Source: Octopus sinensis
Lineage: Eukaryota
Assembly: GCF_006345805.1 (NCBI RefSeq)
Contig: NW_021832586.1
Location: forward strand, 1 to 64,000
DNA length: 64,000 nucleotides
Direction of reading: 5' to 3'
The notes under the pieces were generated by a model. That model did not search any database, was not told the origin of the DNA, and was given only the letters and a program-made list of their open reading frames with translations. The position numbers were made by a program, and so were the translations under genes. Position 1 is the stretch's first letter. Each line of letters starts with the position of its first letter. Shown here in pieces: positions 13,001-26,478 of this stretch.

Positions 13001-13139
13001 TATTATTATTATTATTATTATTATCATCATTATAGTTTCTTTGCCAAAGTTCTATCGTTACACATACTGTGATCTCTTCAATGACTCTTTAGCCCAAGTT
13101 TAACCAAGATATAATAGATTAAGTAGAATAAGGAAGACA

Positions 13140-14286
13140 TGTGGGATAAAAAGTCATTGAAGAGGTCGCAAGATGTTTGTCGAATAACTGACGAAGAAGA
13201 AACTAAAATAATAATAATAACTCTGAAGTGAACACTAAGTATATTGTCCTTGTGTGTAACTGGCAAAATATGACTGCAAGAAAGAACGGGCAAAAACAAA
13301 TTGAGGAGCAGTGAAGTCAGAAGCCTCTGCATGAAGAGTTTATACTTAAGCGATAACATCACTGGCTGAAAAGTTCGGGACAGAAATTAGAGGTTGTATA
13401 TTAGCAGCACCAGATCAATGCTTGCTTACAAAAAAATACCAGACTAACGTTCCTCAAAACGGTTCTGATTCTAAATGCAGATTCTTCGACACATTTGACG
13501 AAACAATAGTCCACCTCGTCTCGGGATACCCTGTGCTGGCACCAAACGAATACAAAAATCGCCACTATAGGTTAGGACAGTATTTACCCTGGAAAATGTA
13601 TAAACACTACAAAATCAACACATCTGCTTACGGGTATGAACATCCTGAGCCAATCGTTGAAGGTAAAAATGTCACCATTCTCTGGGATTTTCCAGTCAAC
13701 ACTGACAGAACGATCCAGGCTAATCCACCCGACATACTTATTAAAGCCAGAGAAGAAAAGTCGATTAAATTGTACCCAGTGCTCAACTGATACTTATTTT
13801 ATCGACCCCGAAAGGATGAAAGACAAACCTGATCTCAGTGGAATTTGATCCCAGAACGTAAACACGGACGAAATGTCGCTAAGCATTTTTCTCGGCGTGC
13901 TAACGATTCTGACAGCTCGCCGCCTTCCTTACCTTAAATATTGACGTAAGTCCAGCAAGTTCGGGTGATGGATTAAGTCGATTACATCGACCCCAATATT
14001 CCACCGGTAATCATGTTATCGACCCCGAAAGAATAGAAGACATATATATATATATATATGTTGCCTTCATAGATGTAAATGTTACCACGGATAAAAACGT
14101 ATCTGTTAAGGAATTTGACAAACTAAGTAAATATAAGGACCTAGAAATTGAAATACAAAAGACGTGGCATCTTAAAATGAAAAGTGTTCCTGTTATTGTA
14201 GGTGTCAGAAACATCTAGATAAGATCCCAGGAGAAACATTTCTCAGAGAAATCCAAAAGGTTGTACTGACAAGTACTGCCCACATA
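13140..14286 (+). mobile_element. degenerate R4/Dong family B-like fragment with a 285-bp insertion
   Basis: KPLH, WLKSSG, KCRF, ILWDFPVNTDRTIQANPPDI; resumes after 14060 with DKLSKYKDLEIEIQKTWHLK. Confidence 0.75.
13758..14042 (-). repeat. local duplicate of 9085-9369 (SINE S2 + spacer + partial S2)
   Basis: 285 nt with about 4 differences, including the unique inter-SINE spacer. Confidence 0.9.
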
Positions 14287-14306
14287 ATAATAATAATAAT
14301 GATACC

Positions 14307-14383
<77 letters not shown>

Positions 14384-14426
14384 CAATAACAACAACGACG
14401 ACGACGACGACGACGATGATGACGAC

Positions 14427-14485
<59 letters not shown>

Positions 14486-14535
14486 GGAGGATGATGATGA
14501 TGAGGAGGAGGATGAGGATGAGGAGGAGGAGGATG

Positions 14536-14602
<67 letters not shown>

Positions 14603-14619
14603 GGAGGAGGAGGAGGAGG

Positions 14620-14657
<38 letters not shown>
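14284..14657 (+). repeat. compound trinucleotide microsatellite AAT/AAC/GAC/GAT/GAG
   Basis: Read directly. Confidence 0.95.
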
Positions 14658-14793
14658 AAACAAAATTAAAATTTTACAGTGTTATGAGTATCAATCAGAA
14701 ACACTGAGAATCGAAAGTTATTCATTCCGACAGAGATTGTATGTGATAAAAAAATTAACGAAAAGTTATTTTTCAAATCAAAATTACATTTCC

Positions 14794-15005
14794 TTTTCTC
14801 TTTCTCTTTTACTTGTTTCAGTCATTTCACTGCGGCCATGCTGGAGCACCACCTTTAGTCGAGCAAATCGACCCCGGGACTTATTCTTTTGTAAGCCCAG
14901 TACTTATTCTATCGGTCTCTTTTTCCGAACCGTTAAGTGACGGAGACGTAAACACACCAGCATCGGTTGTCAAGCAATGCTAGGGGGACAAACATAGACA
15001 CACAA

Positions 15006-15036
<31 letters not shown>

Positions 15037-15211
15037 CATACATATATACGACAAGCTTCTTTCAGTTTCCGTCTACCAAATTCACTCACAAGGCATTAGT
15101 CGGCCCGGGGCTATAGCAGAAGACAGTTGCCCAAGATACCACGCTGTGGGACTGAACTCGGAACCATGTGGTTGGTTAGCAAGCTACTTACCACACAGCC
15201 ATGTCTGCGCC
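14794..15211 (-). mobile_element. SINE S1, full length
   Basis: Family match. Confidence 0.85.
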
Positions 15212-15586
15212 TTGGAGATAAACTTATTTAAGAATCCTGTTAGAATATATTACATAAAGCAAGGAATCTTTCGTAAGTCAAACGCTTTTGCATCAATCGA
15301 TGTGTATTGAAAATACTGAAATATATTGCTTAACAACCATGAACCGGGATAATATTTTTGTTGCTCCTAAGTAACCGCTCTCTTCATTCCGATTCCATCG
15401 CATAAAAATTAAAATTCCGACGAATGATTCGTGACTTTACAGGGTTTCAATTTTACAGAAATGTGATTTAATAAATATTTTCTTGAAACAAAATTACATT
15501 ATTTTATACATATTGGCTAATATCCTATATTTTCTTAATTTGTGATTTACAGTTTATCATTTCGGCTGGTCGCATGTGGGTAACAA

Positions 15587-15593
15587 GATAGAC

Positions 15594-15659
<66 letters not shown>

Positions 15660-15845
15660 ATACATACATACATACATACATACATACATACATACATACA
15701 TACATACAAATGCACATACATATGCATGCACACACACACATATATATATATATATATACATACATATATATACATATATATATATATATACATACATACA
15801 TACATACATACATACATACATACATACATACATACATACATACGT
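15587..15845. repeat. (GATA)n/(CATA)n/(TA)n microsatellite
   Basis: Read directly. Confidence 0.95.
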
Positions 15846-16665
15846 ATACAGAGGTTAGACAAAATAATGGAAACATCTTGTTTTGATATGATGTAGGACC
15901 GCCTTTGGCAGTAATAACAGCTCGAAATTTACGAGGTATGGACTTTTTACGAGGTATATTTCCCAAGGAATTTTTGTCCATTCTGAAGCTAAAATATTCT
16001 CCAGTTTTTGTAGTGATGATGGTGGAGGATATCGACTCCTTACTTGTTTTTCTAAAATGCACCATAAATGTTCAATAATATTGCGATCGGGGGACTGTGA
16101 TAGCCAGGTAAGATGATCAACTTCACTAAAATGTTCCTCATGCCATTCAGTAACAACTTTAGCTGTGTGAATTGGTGCATTATCATCCCGAAAGATTGCA
16201 TTTCCCTCCGGAAACAGTTCCGCAACCATAGGATGAATTTTATCAGATAAAATGTTTAAATGGTCTTGACTATTAATTCTGCCATGAAGGGAAGCCATTG
16301 GGCTGGCGGATTTCCAAGATATAGCCCTCCCCCCCCCCGATCATCACAGATCCTCCTCCATGGTTAGCAGTTGGAAGAAGGCTGTCTGGGTCATATGCTT
16401 CTTTTGGCTGTCTCCACCCGGATACTCGGCCGATGGTCGGAAATAATGTAAAGGATGACTCATTCCAGAAAAGAACATTCTTCCACTGCTCTAGGGACTA
16501 ATTGTGTAGGTTTTTACTCCACTCTAAACGATTTGCAACGTTTGTTTTTGAAAGTAGTAGTTATCTGATTGCAGCCCTCCCGAGAAATTCGGCTTTGAGC
16601 AGCTCCCGGCGAACAGTTTTTGTCAAAACCAGGTTCTCGAGGTGGTCATTAACTTTGCACCTTTC
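15846..16665 (-). mobile_element. Tc1 (DD34E) transposon relic with one TIR
   Basis: WKNVLFWNESSF, FRDDNAPIH, WLSQSPDRNIIEHLW; terminus tacagaggttagacaaaataatggaaaca. Confidence 0.85.
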
Positions 16666-16726
16666 GAGTATTCTCTTCGTCAGAAAAGGGGGAGAGGAAA
16701 TGTCCACAGAGAAGGGAAACGCGATA

Positions 16727-16828
16727 TAAAGTGTTTTGCTCAAGAACACAACACGCCGTCCGGTCTAGGAATTGAAAATCACGATCTAGTGAGTGCAATA
16801 CCCTAATCACTAAACCATGTGTCCTCAC
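16727..16828 (-). mobile_element. SINE S3 head
   Basis: Reverse-complement match to the 2871 family. Confidence 0.6.
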
Positions 16829-17380
16829 CGTGTACCTGTTCAGGCAACTTCGCTTTGATGGAGAGAGTGAGCTAATGAATGGCACAAGCATTTGATCACT
16901 ACAAATAAATCATTTCTGCAGGTGGGTCGGCAATAGCTGAAAGCTAAGCTCATACGTCGTCTTCGACGGGAGAGTCCATGACACGCATACATGTATGTAT
17001 GCGTGTGTGCGTGTGTGTAATAATGTACAAATAATTTTTATTTTTTGATACAGTACAGTAAAAAAAAGTAATCTAAATTTACGAATACAATTTGGCGGAG
17101 TTCACTGTACATCGCGGACGCTGTATTTATGAATACAGTTTGCAATAAGACATGGTAAAATAAAAGCCTTTTTTGAGTTTAAAAAGCAAATTCAGAAATT
17201 ATTATTTTGCTATACTAAACAGAACTAAATCATTTAAAATTTATCAATACGTACATACAATTTGGTGGTTTACATCGCGGATGTAGATGGTTGTGGATCA
17301 ACATTAACAGCTGACTCTGATTGCATAAAATTAACTTTCTTCCTACACCTCGATCCTCAGATCTTATATATATATATATA

Positions 17381-17509
<129 letters not shown>

Positions 17510-18430
17510 CATGTATATATATATATGTGTGTGTCTGTGTGCGTGCGTGTGTGTGCATGTATGCGCATGTGTATGTGCGAATATATGTATATATAAAACC
17601 CCTAAGCACTAGTGGACTCGTGGTTAGTGTGTTGTACTCACTTCGCCTAATCATTATTTCGATCTTCGGACAATGTGCCGTGTTGTGTTCTTGAATAAAA
17701 AAATACTTCATTTCACATTGCACTGGGGCTCTGTGGAAACCGACATGCTAAAATAGGAGAGTCGGCAGGAGTTGCAGCAGCGGCAACGGCAACAACAGCA
17801 GCAGATGTGGTAGTAGTGTCACCAGCGGGGGGGGGGGGCAGGGGAGGAAGGCATCGTCAGCAAAACCAGCAAAGAATATAGCATATGCATCGATCGCCGC
17901 TACGCAAGACGTGTAAGGCCGAAGCGGCGGCAGTGACAGAATCGCTGGTAGCGGCGGAAACGCCGGAAGTGGTGGAAGCAACGATAGCAGCGGTCGTGAC
18001 GGTAGCGGTGGAAGAGGTGATAACGGCTGTGGGGGAGGCAGAGGCGTCAGCTGCGGCGTCGGTGAAAGCGGAGGTTGCGGATGCGGTGGGAAGTAAGAGA
18101 GACAGCAGCGGCATGGGCGTTATCACCGGCAGAGACGGGGCAACGATGATAGCGGAGATAGAGGTCTCAGGATTATGAGGCACTGGAGAAAATTGCTTTA
18201 CGCAACTTTTTACAGCTCTTTGTGTTCTGAGTTCGTATACCACCAAAGTTAACTTTACATTTCATCCCGACGAATTTGATAAAGTACAATACCACTGATG
18301 TACTGTGCCGATGAATTTGATTACAAGGCTCCCCCAAACTTCAGGCTTTGTGCTTATATTAGAAAAAATATTATTACTTCGCTTGTGTTAAGATTATTTC
18401 CAAAACACGTTTTTCGTCTCAATGTGTGAA

Positions 18431-19130
18431 AGCGCATGGCTTTGCGGTTAGGGCATTCGGCTTACGATCGTAAGGTTATGAGTTCGAATCTTAACGGCGC
18501 GTTGTGTTCTTGCTCTAGTTCACTCAGCTGGAAAAATGAGTTGTACCTGTAATTCAAAAGACCAAGCTTGTTGCTTTCTGTGTCACACTGAATTTCTCAC
18601 AGAATTACACTAAGGGTACGGGTGTCTGTAGAGTGCTCAACCACTTGTACGTTAATTTCACAAGCAGACAGTTCCATTGAACAGATCATTTACAGACCTC
18701 ATCGTCGTAACCGACTGAGTGCCAGACTTTTCGACTCGAAATTTTAAGGTCATGAATTCGATTCCCGGCTGAGCGTTGTGTCTTTTATTTCATGTTGCTC
18801 AGTCCACTTAGCTGGCAAAAATGATTTGTACATTCAATTTAGGAAGGCCATCCTATGGTTGCGGAACTATTTCCGGAGGAAAACGCAGTCTTTCAATATC
18901 CTGTGTCACGCTGAATGTCCCTGAGGACTACGTTAAGGTGACGCGTGTATGTGGAGTGCTCACAGTCTTGTCACAGACTGTGTCACACTGAATATCCCTG
19001 AGAACTACGTTGAGGGTATGTATGTTTGTGGAGTGCTCAGCCACTTGTACATTAATTTCACAAACAATCTGTTCCATTGATCAGATCAACTGGAATCCTC
19101 GTCCTTGTAAGCGACGGAGTGACGGGTTTT
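18431..19130 (+). mobile_element. cluster of partial SINE S3 copies
   Basis: Repeated heads and bodies (ccactcagctgg..., gagaactacgttaagggt...gtggagtgctc). Confidence 0.7.
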
Positions 19131-19567
19131 TTGTCTCAGTTTTGCTTTATTATTAAATCTGTAAGTTCGATGTGACAAGCAACCACAACACTGCGGTTTC
19201 GGGCTCCAATATTTCGATCACATGATTTAGAATAATAGGTAAACGAGTACTGAAAGGTGTTTTTGTCATGGCTACTTAAGGAAACAAGTGGAAACTCCTA
19301 CCACCTGGCTCTACTCAATAAACACAATGACTACCGGCCAGTCATCCTATTTAATTATCTCTTTACCTATACATCACCTACCTACCTATCTACTTACATG
19401 TATATACCTGTGGGTGTGTGATTGTGTGAGCTAGTATTTACATCACATATATGTGCGTTTATGCAAGCCAGTTTAGGCATGCATCTGCCTACGTATATGC
19501 ATATATATATACACGCACATACAAAAATACATATGCTCATATACAAGCCCATACACATATACATACA

Positions 19568-19622
19568 CATTTATATACAGATGTGCCTGTGTCTATATAT
19601 ATATGAACGAATATATATGTAT

Positions 19623-19672
<50 letters not shown>

Positions 19673-19741
19673 TTTATATACATATGTGCCTGTGTCTATA
19701 CATATGAACGAATATATATGTATACTTATATATATATATAT

Positions 19742-19773
<32 letters not shown>

Positions 19774-19844
19774 ATATATATATACATATATTTATATACA
19801 TATGTGCCTGTGTCTATACATATGAACGAATATATATGTATACT

Positions 19845-19850
<6 letters not shown>
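19568..19850. repeat. three copies of a ~60-nt core separated by (TA)n
   Basis: atgtgcctgtgtctata.atatgaacgaatatatatgtatact occurs three times. Confidence 0.85.
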
Positions 19851-19925
<75 letters not shown>

Positions 19926-20939
19926 GCACACATATACGCACACATATGTATACGCATATGTATACGCATATGTATATATATGAACAATGTAGGTACGTAT
20001 GTATGTAGTTGAATGTGTATAATTGTTAATCAGTTAACCAGGCTTAGCAGCATTATCCAATCCTGTGGATTGATCGTTTTGTGAGACGCTGACTGACATA
20101 AAGGTACATATTAGAAATGATAGAAAGTTAATATCGATTCCTTAAAGGATGAAAGAAAGAGGGAATGGAGGAAGAAAGAAAGGAAGGTAGGGAAACGGAA
20201 CGAAACGGACGGAACAAAAGAAATAAAACAAACATAGGAGGAAAGGAACGAGAAAGAGCAAGAGAGAGGGAAAAAAAGAAAGAAACTAAAAGGAAAGAAA
20301 GTAATCAAGCAAGCGAGGAAGAAAGAAAGAAAGAAAGAAAGAGAAAATGAACGAACGAAAGAAAGAAAGAAGGAAAGAAAGGGAGAGGCGGAGGGTATAA
20401 GTGGAAGGAGAAAGAAGAATGAAAGAGAGCACAGACAGAGAGAAGGAAAGAAGAAAGTGTAAATGAATGAGGAAATAGATAAAGGAGAAGGGTTGTCGTG
20501 AAACAATAGCTTGTATCTCGTAGCCACCCTCGTAGCCACCCTCGTAGCTACACGGTAGGCCATACTCAATCCCTTAAGATACCAGTATCGATTAACAATT
20601 TGCTGTTAAAGTTCACAGCAATAATTACATGTCGTTTTTATGTGCTTGCGTATGCATATGTAACACAAAACTTATGGATGAATGTGTGCTGTTTTGTGTA
20701 TGTGTGCGGGCTTTTTGTATTATATGATTGCAGATTACACACACTTACGTATATGAATGTATGTATGTGTTTACATATACAGATGTATGTGTGTGTATAC
20801 ATATGTACATGTGCATATATACATATATGTGTATATGAATATACATGTAAAATATATATATACATGGATATATACATGAATATATATATACACACACATG
20901 TGGATATATATATATACATATATAAATACATATACACAC

Positions 20940-21008
<69 letters not shown>

Positions 21009-21728
21009 GGCCTACATTTATATACACATACATGTATGTCTGTGTGTGTGTATGTGTGTTGTGATTGTCTTCTTGCCATTGTAACTACCGATGACTTGTT
21101 TGATACATAACAATCAGAGTTTATAAATATTTTTTTTCCTTTTCTCTATGCTTCATTTACCCCTTCCCCATTCATTTACCTACCTCCGCCTTTATCACAC
21201 ATAAACGGTCATCAATTCGACTTGCAAATATTTTTTTTCTTTTTTGCTTTCGCATTCACTTTTGTTATATTAGGATTTTTTTCTTTTTTTTCTCACTTAG
21301 TTTTGTTTTGCTTTACTTTTGCTCATTCTTTTTCGGTTTTTTGTCACAATTCTTTTGTCCTTTGAAATATTGTTTTTTTGCTTTTAATAGTGTTTTTCTT
21401 ATTTATTTGTCCCCCCTCACCCCACAATGATTCTTTTATTTATTAATATGATTATTTATTTGTTTCTTAGTATTATTACTATTATTAATATTATTAATAT
21501 ATCTGTATCGTCATCGTCATTTTCATCAACATCATCACCATCATCATCATCATCATCGCCACCACGAGCACCACAAGCACCACCACCACCACCACCACAA
21601 ACACCAACACCAACACCTCCACCACCATCATCATAATCATCATTATCATTCATCATGACTATTATTATAGTTGTTGTTGTTGTTGTTGAGGTTGTTGTTG
21701 TTATTATTATTATTATTATTGCTATTAT

Positions 21729-21766
<38 letters not shown>

Positions 21767-21826
21767 TATTATTATTATTATTATTATCATTATTATTATC
21801 ATTATTATTATTATTATTATTATTAT

Positions 21827-22793
21827 TCACTAGTTTTATTTTTTAGCGTGCTTTCACTTCACTACCGAGCGCAGCTCTGTGTGCCTTGGGTATGTGCTGC
21901 AGTTTGTAGTGAGGTTCTGATGGTTACTGTATTGAAAGTGTTCTGCGTAGGATGTGTGCAGTGCCTAATAGTGCAATTTTCTGTATGTTATATGTGTTTG
22001 GAAGTCCTGGTGATTTTGCTATGTATTTGTCTGAATTTTTTTTTCATGCCTAATGCTCCTACTAAGATAGGAATTGTTTCTGTTTTTAGATTCCACATTC
22101 TAGTTACCTCTATTTCCAGCTCTTTGTATTTTGAAAGTTTCTCCATTTCATTTAGAGACATGTTGTCATCTGCTGGTATTGATACATCACTTAGAAAGCA
22201 TTTTTTTCTTCATGATCTCTGATAACTATATCTGGTCTGTTGACCTTAATTCCTCTATCTGTGTGTATTGGCATATCTCAGAGTATGGTTGCTTTCTCGT
22301 TTTCTGTGACCTTTTCTGGTGTGTGCCTATACCATCTTTTTTCTGTTATTATTCCATAATGTTGGCATAGCTTCCAATGTATGTAGGTTCCAACTCTGTC
22401 ATGTCTGTGAATATCTTCCTTCTTAACCAAGACTGGGCAGCCAGAGATAATATAATTTATTGTTTCTTGTCCATCTCCACATATTCTGCAGTTACTTGTT
22501 ATATTTCTTTTCATTACATGTTTTTGGTAATTTCTGGTGGGGAGGCTTTGGTCTTGTGCTGCAATTAAAAATCCCTCTGTTTCTGCTTTGAGTCCCGAGC
22601 TTCTCAACCATTGCTGGGATTTTTCTTTGTCTATTTATTGCATTTAGTTTAGTCCAGTATTCTTCTTCTTCTTCTTCTTCTTCTTATCTTCTCCTTCTCC
22701 TCCTCCTCCTCCTCCTCCTTCTTCTTCTTCTTTCTTCTTCTTCTTCTTCCTCTTCTTCTTCATATTTGTTAGGTGGTATGATTTCTTGTTTGC
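21827..22793 (-). mobile_element. R4/Dong family C, 5'-truncated, with expanded internal (GAA)n
   Basis: SSGLKAETEGFLIAAQDQ, CRICGDGQETINYIISGC, RHD; 3' end shared with 45144 and 47431. Confidence 0.9.
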
Positions 22794-22810
22794 TATTATT
22801 ATTATTGTTG

Positions 22811-22852
<42 letters not shown>

Positions 22853-22855
22853 CTA

Positions 22856-22898
<43 letters not shown>

Positions 22899-23002
22899 TA
22901 TTATTATCGTTATTATTATCATTGTTATCATATATTATTATTATATTATTATTATATTATTATTTATTATTATTATTATTATTACTATTTTTATTATTAT
23001 TG

Positions 23003-23033
<31 letters not shown>

Positions 23034-23149
23034 TATTATTATCATTATTATTATCATTATTATCATTATTATTATTATTATTATTGTTATTATTATTATT
23101 ATTATTATCATTATTATTATCATTATTATCATTATTATTATTATTTATT

Positions 23150-23530
23150 ATTACATATACGCACAACAGATCAGTCGGAAAATTCCTAAAATTGGGCTGC
23201 AAAATATAACCTAAAATGCCAAATAACTTCCTAACAATCCTGGCTGTCCTTAACAATATTGTTTTCTGGAACTTCATTAACTTCGGTTTTATGCCTATTT
23301 CCTCTATCCATCTTTTCAAATATATATGGATAGTTCCTAATGCACCTATAACTACAGGGATACATTTGTACCCCCAACCCCCCATAGGCGCAATGGCTAG
23401 GTCCTGGTACTTAGCTATTTTCTCAAAATCTTTCACGTTGATCTTCTCATCTTGGTACTTTCTCTTCTCTTTGTCTACTACTACTAAATCAGGCCTTCTA
23501 TCTTCTTTTAATCGATCAGTCTGAAAGTCA
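23150..23530 (-). mobile_element. R4/Dong family F 3' fragment
   Basis: EKIAKYQDLAI, IPVVIGALG, LLRTARIVRK; ends at an AAT tail on the sense strand. Confidence 0.75.
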
Positions 23531-23569
23531 AAATCTCACAAACATTTTATATTTATTATTATTATTATT

Positions 23570-23877
23570 GAGTGAGAGAGCAGTGCATGCCATCAAAGTG
23601 ACACTGGGGTAAAATATACGAAGCCCAATATACCCATCATGACTACCCGTCTGATAAAGGTACACCAGGCACATGCATCACAACCATATGTGCGCGACAT
23701 GGTGATCTCATATCAAGATAAACAGCACATGACCTTGCAGGTGGGGCCCAGTTAGAATTTTCTTCAGGTTGAGTAGCCCATCCCGCTCAAAAGGTCCTTG
23801 AATAAGGGTTGTTTAATGATGTTGAAAGAACCACCCATGTTTCCAGAGGTGAATTATTCAAACCCCAAACAATCCCT
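23570..23877 (-). mobile_element. element X, 5'-truncated
   Basis: Matches the 3' ~300 nt of 26479-27013; flanked by (ATT)n. Confidence 0.85.
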
Positions 23878-23930
23878 ATTATTATTATATTATTATTATT
23901 AATATTATTATTATTATTAGATTATTATTA

Positions 23931-23963
<33 letters not shown>

Positions 23964-24151
23964 CATCATTATTATAATTATTATAGTTGTTGTTGTTGTT
24001 ATATTATTATCATTATTTATTATATATTATTATTATTATATTATAGTAGTTGTTGTTGTTGTTGTTACTATTATTGTTATTATTATTCTTATTATTATAA
24101 TTATTATAGTTGTTGTTGTTGTTGTTATTGTTATTATTATTATAGTTGTTG

Positions 24152-24207
<56 letters not shown>

Positions 24208-24213
24208 GTGATT

Positions 24214-25136
24214 CTATGTTTGACTTTTGCTTTGCATTTGTACAATTTGTGCAAGTTGGCTCCAAGTCTCACCCAGAGACCTCAAGAGACAACAAGTTAG
24301 AAGTTCATGTTGGTGTTATGCCTAGGGTGCCATATATTTAGTTTTGCACATAGTGTTTAAGAAACCATATGAAAATTGTGCACTATCTATTGTATTTCTG
24401 CCATTTTAGGGTATCCTGGTATCTGAGCTAGGTGGCAGTCAGCCTAGTACACCTATGTCAACAGGTATTGTTTTAGTCTTGAGCTTCCACATTAGATTGG
24501 GACAGTCATATCAATGCGGAGGCATGATTTTTGTTTGAAATCTTTCAATATAATTTTGACCTATTTGCATCTATCTTTCTGTCAGTTTGAATGAAGTTCC
24601 AGAAGAGTGAGATGTGATCATTTTAAAGCAGTGCAGGTGGTTTGTGTTCCCACCAGTTTTTATCATGGGGCAAGTCCAAGCTTTTGCAAATTACCCAGTG
24701 AATATACTGTGCTGCTCTATCATGTCTGTTAAGATATTCTGTAAGCACAGGCACAAGAAGACTGCACATGGAGACAAAATGATCAATGGTCTCATTTTGT
24801 TGTTAACATACACGACATATTAGGGAGCCGCCGTTCTTCAATAAGTCGGCCAGGAAGTTTCTTGTAGGTAGACATTGATCTTGGGCTACAATGATAATCC
24901 CTTCTGTTTTTGATTTTGAAACAGAAGCCATTAGCCATTCATGGGTAAGAACTTTATCAACATCGCCATTATTCGCTCTCTTTGGGTATTTGCCACTGAG
25001 AGGTTTTTCTTGCCATTTATCAGTAAGAATATCTAAGGTAGCAGTTTTAGCACGGGTTTCTATGCGCTTAGCTTTTTCTGCGCTTGTTTCTCGTATGTCT
25101 AAATCCGGAATTTCTTGTATTTGGAATTCACTTAGA

Positions 25137-25140
<4 letters not shown>
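24214..25140 (-). mobile_element. R4/Dong family A relative, 5'-truncated
   Basis: Same 3' end ctatgtttgacttttgc; homologous to 10004-11105 with small deletions. Confidence 0.88.
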
Positions 25141-25219
<79 letters not shown>

Positions 25220-25245
25220 CATTATTATTATTATTATTATTATTA

Positions 25246-25301
<56 letters not shown>

Positions 25302-25316
25302 GTTGTTGTTGTTATT

Positions 25317-25741
25317 CAGTTGTCTTATTTTTATCACGTGCGGTCGCTGCAGTACCGTGGGCAACTCTATGTGCCTTAGGTATGTGCTGTAGTTTGTTGT
25401 GATGCTCTTATTTTCACTATATTGAAATTGTTTTATGTAGAATGTGCGCGGTGCCTATTAGTGTTATTTTCTGTATGTTTTTATATACTTGTAAATCCTG
25501 GTGTTTTTGTTATGTATTTGGTTGAATGTTTTCTTTATCATACCTAATGCGCATACTATGCTAGGAACTGTTCCTGCTTTTACGTTCCATATTCTAGTTA
25601 CTTTTATTTCCATATCTTAGCATTTTGAAAGTTTGTCCGTTTCTTTTAGAGAATCATTGCCATCTACTGGTATTGATACATCAATTAGAAAGCATTTTAT
25701 TTGTTGGTGATCTCAGACAACTGTATCTGGCTTATTGGCCT
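25317..25741 (-). mobile_element. R4/Dong family C2 3' fragment
   Basis: Diverged homolog of the family C 3' end and REL tail. Confidence 0.75.
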
Positions 25742-25744
25742 TTT

Positions 25745-26432
25745 ATCATTATCATTATATGAAACCTCACAGCTTATTTTGCTGGATATTATGGAAAGTG
25801 TCTGCTGTCTAAAACCAGCAGACTAAGGTGACACTTGTTTACCGGTCATACTTCAAGAACCCTGCGAAGAATTCTTGCAGTTCCAAGCAATAATAACATT
25901 TGTAGGTGTTCTACTTTCACACTTGCACTGATCTTTTTCAGCCATGTTAGTAGTTGAGTGTTGATACTTTCACTTGGACCAGTTACTATTGGTATCACGT
26001 CTTCTCTCTTCATTGACCATAGCCTTCGTATTTTCCAACTTAAATCGTCGTTTTAAAAATTTTTTTCTCTACTTTCACATTGACCCTGTCGTCATCGGGG
26101 CAAGTCGATACTCATATGTGTTCTTTCTTTTTTATTCACTCCGCCAATGTCCGGTTTCCTAAGTCTGGTCAGGTGATCGCACTGGATCGTTACATCCCAC
26201 AGGATTTTGAAGTTCTCATTTTCGATAACTCCTTCTAGGGTTTGTTTATACCACGTCTTTACTTTTAGTAGGCTGTGATTTCCAAAGAGCTCCCAGTGGA
26301 TCATTCTTGCCACATTGTCATGGCGACGTTTATAATCGCGTTGTACCATTTTCGGAGCCATACTGTTTCACACCTCTCACCACACATTCTGCATTTGTTT
26401 CTATCGATAGTGTTGTCAATTCTGCACATTAT
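25745..26432 (-). mobile_element. R4/Dong family E 3' fragment
   Basis: KCRMCGERCETVW, RRHDNVARMIHWEL, KILWDVTIQCD, LLGTARILRRVLEV* (stop at 25846). Confidence 0.8.
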
Positions 26433-26441
26433 TATTATTGA

Positions 26442-26474
<33 letters not shown>

Positions 26475-26478
26475 CATT

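Noticed and set aside
14205-14940. Long poly-I/L/N/M/Y ORFs here and at 21-23, 30-31, 43-44 and 47 kb
   Set aside because: They are translations of stop-free frames of AAT/ATT/GAT microsatellites, not proteins.
17748-18246. GC-rich Ala/Val/Glu and Pro-rich ORFs
   Set aside because: Degenerate GGC/GCA/GGT low-complexity tract, open on both strands, with no domain or splice evidence.
20516-20555. Three 13-nt tandem units (ctcgtagccaccc)
   Set aside because: An ordinary short slippage repeat not linked to any element junction.
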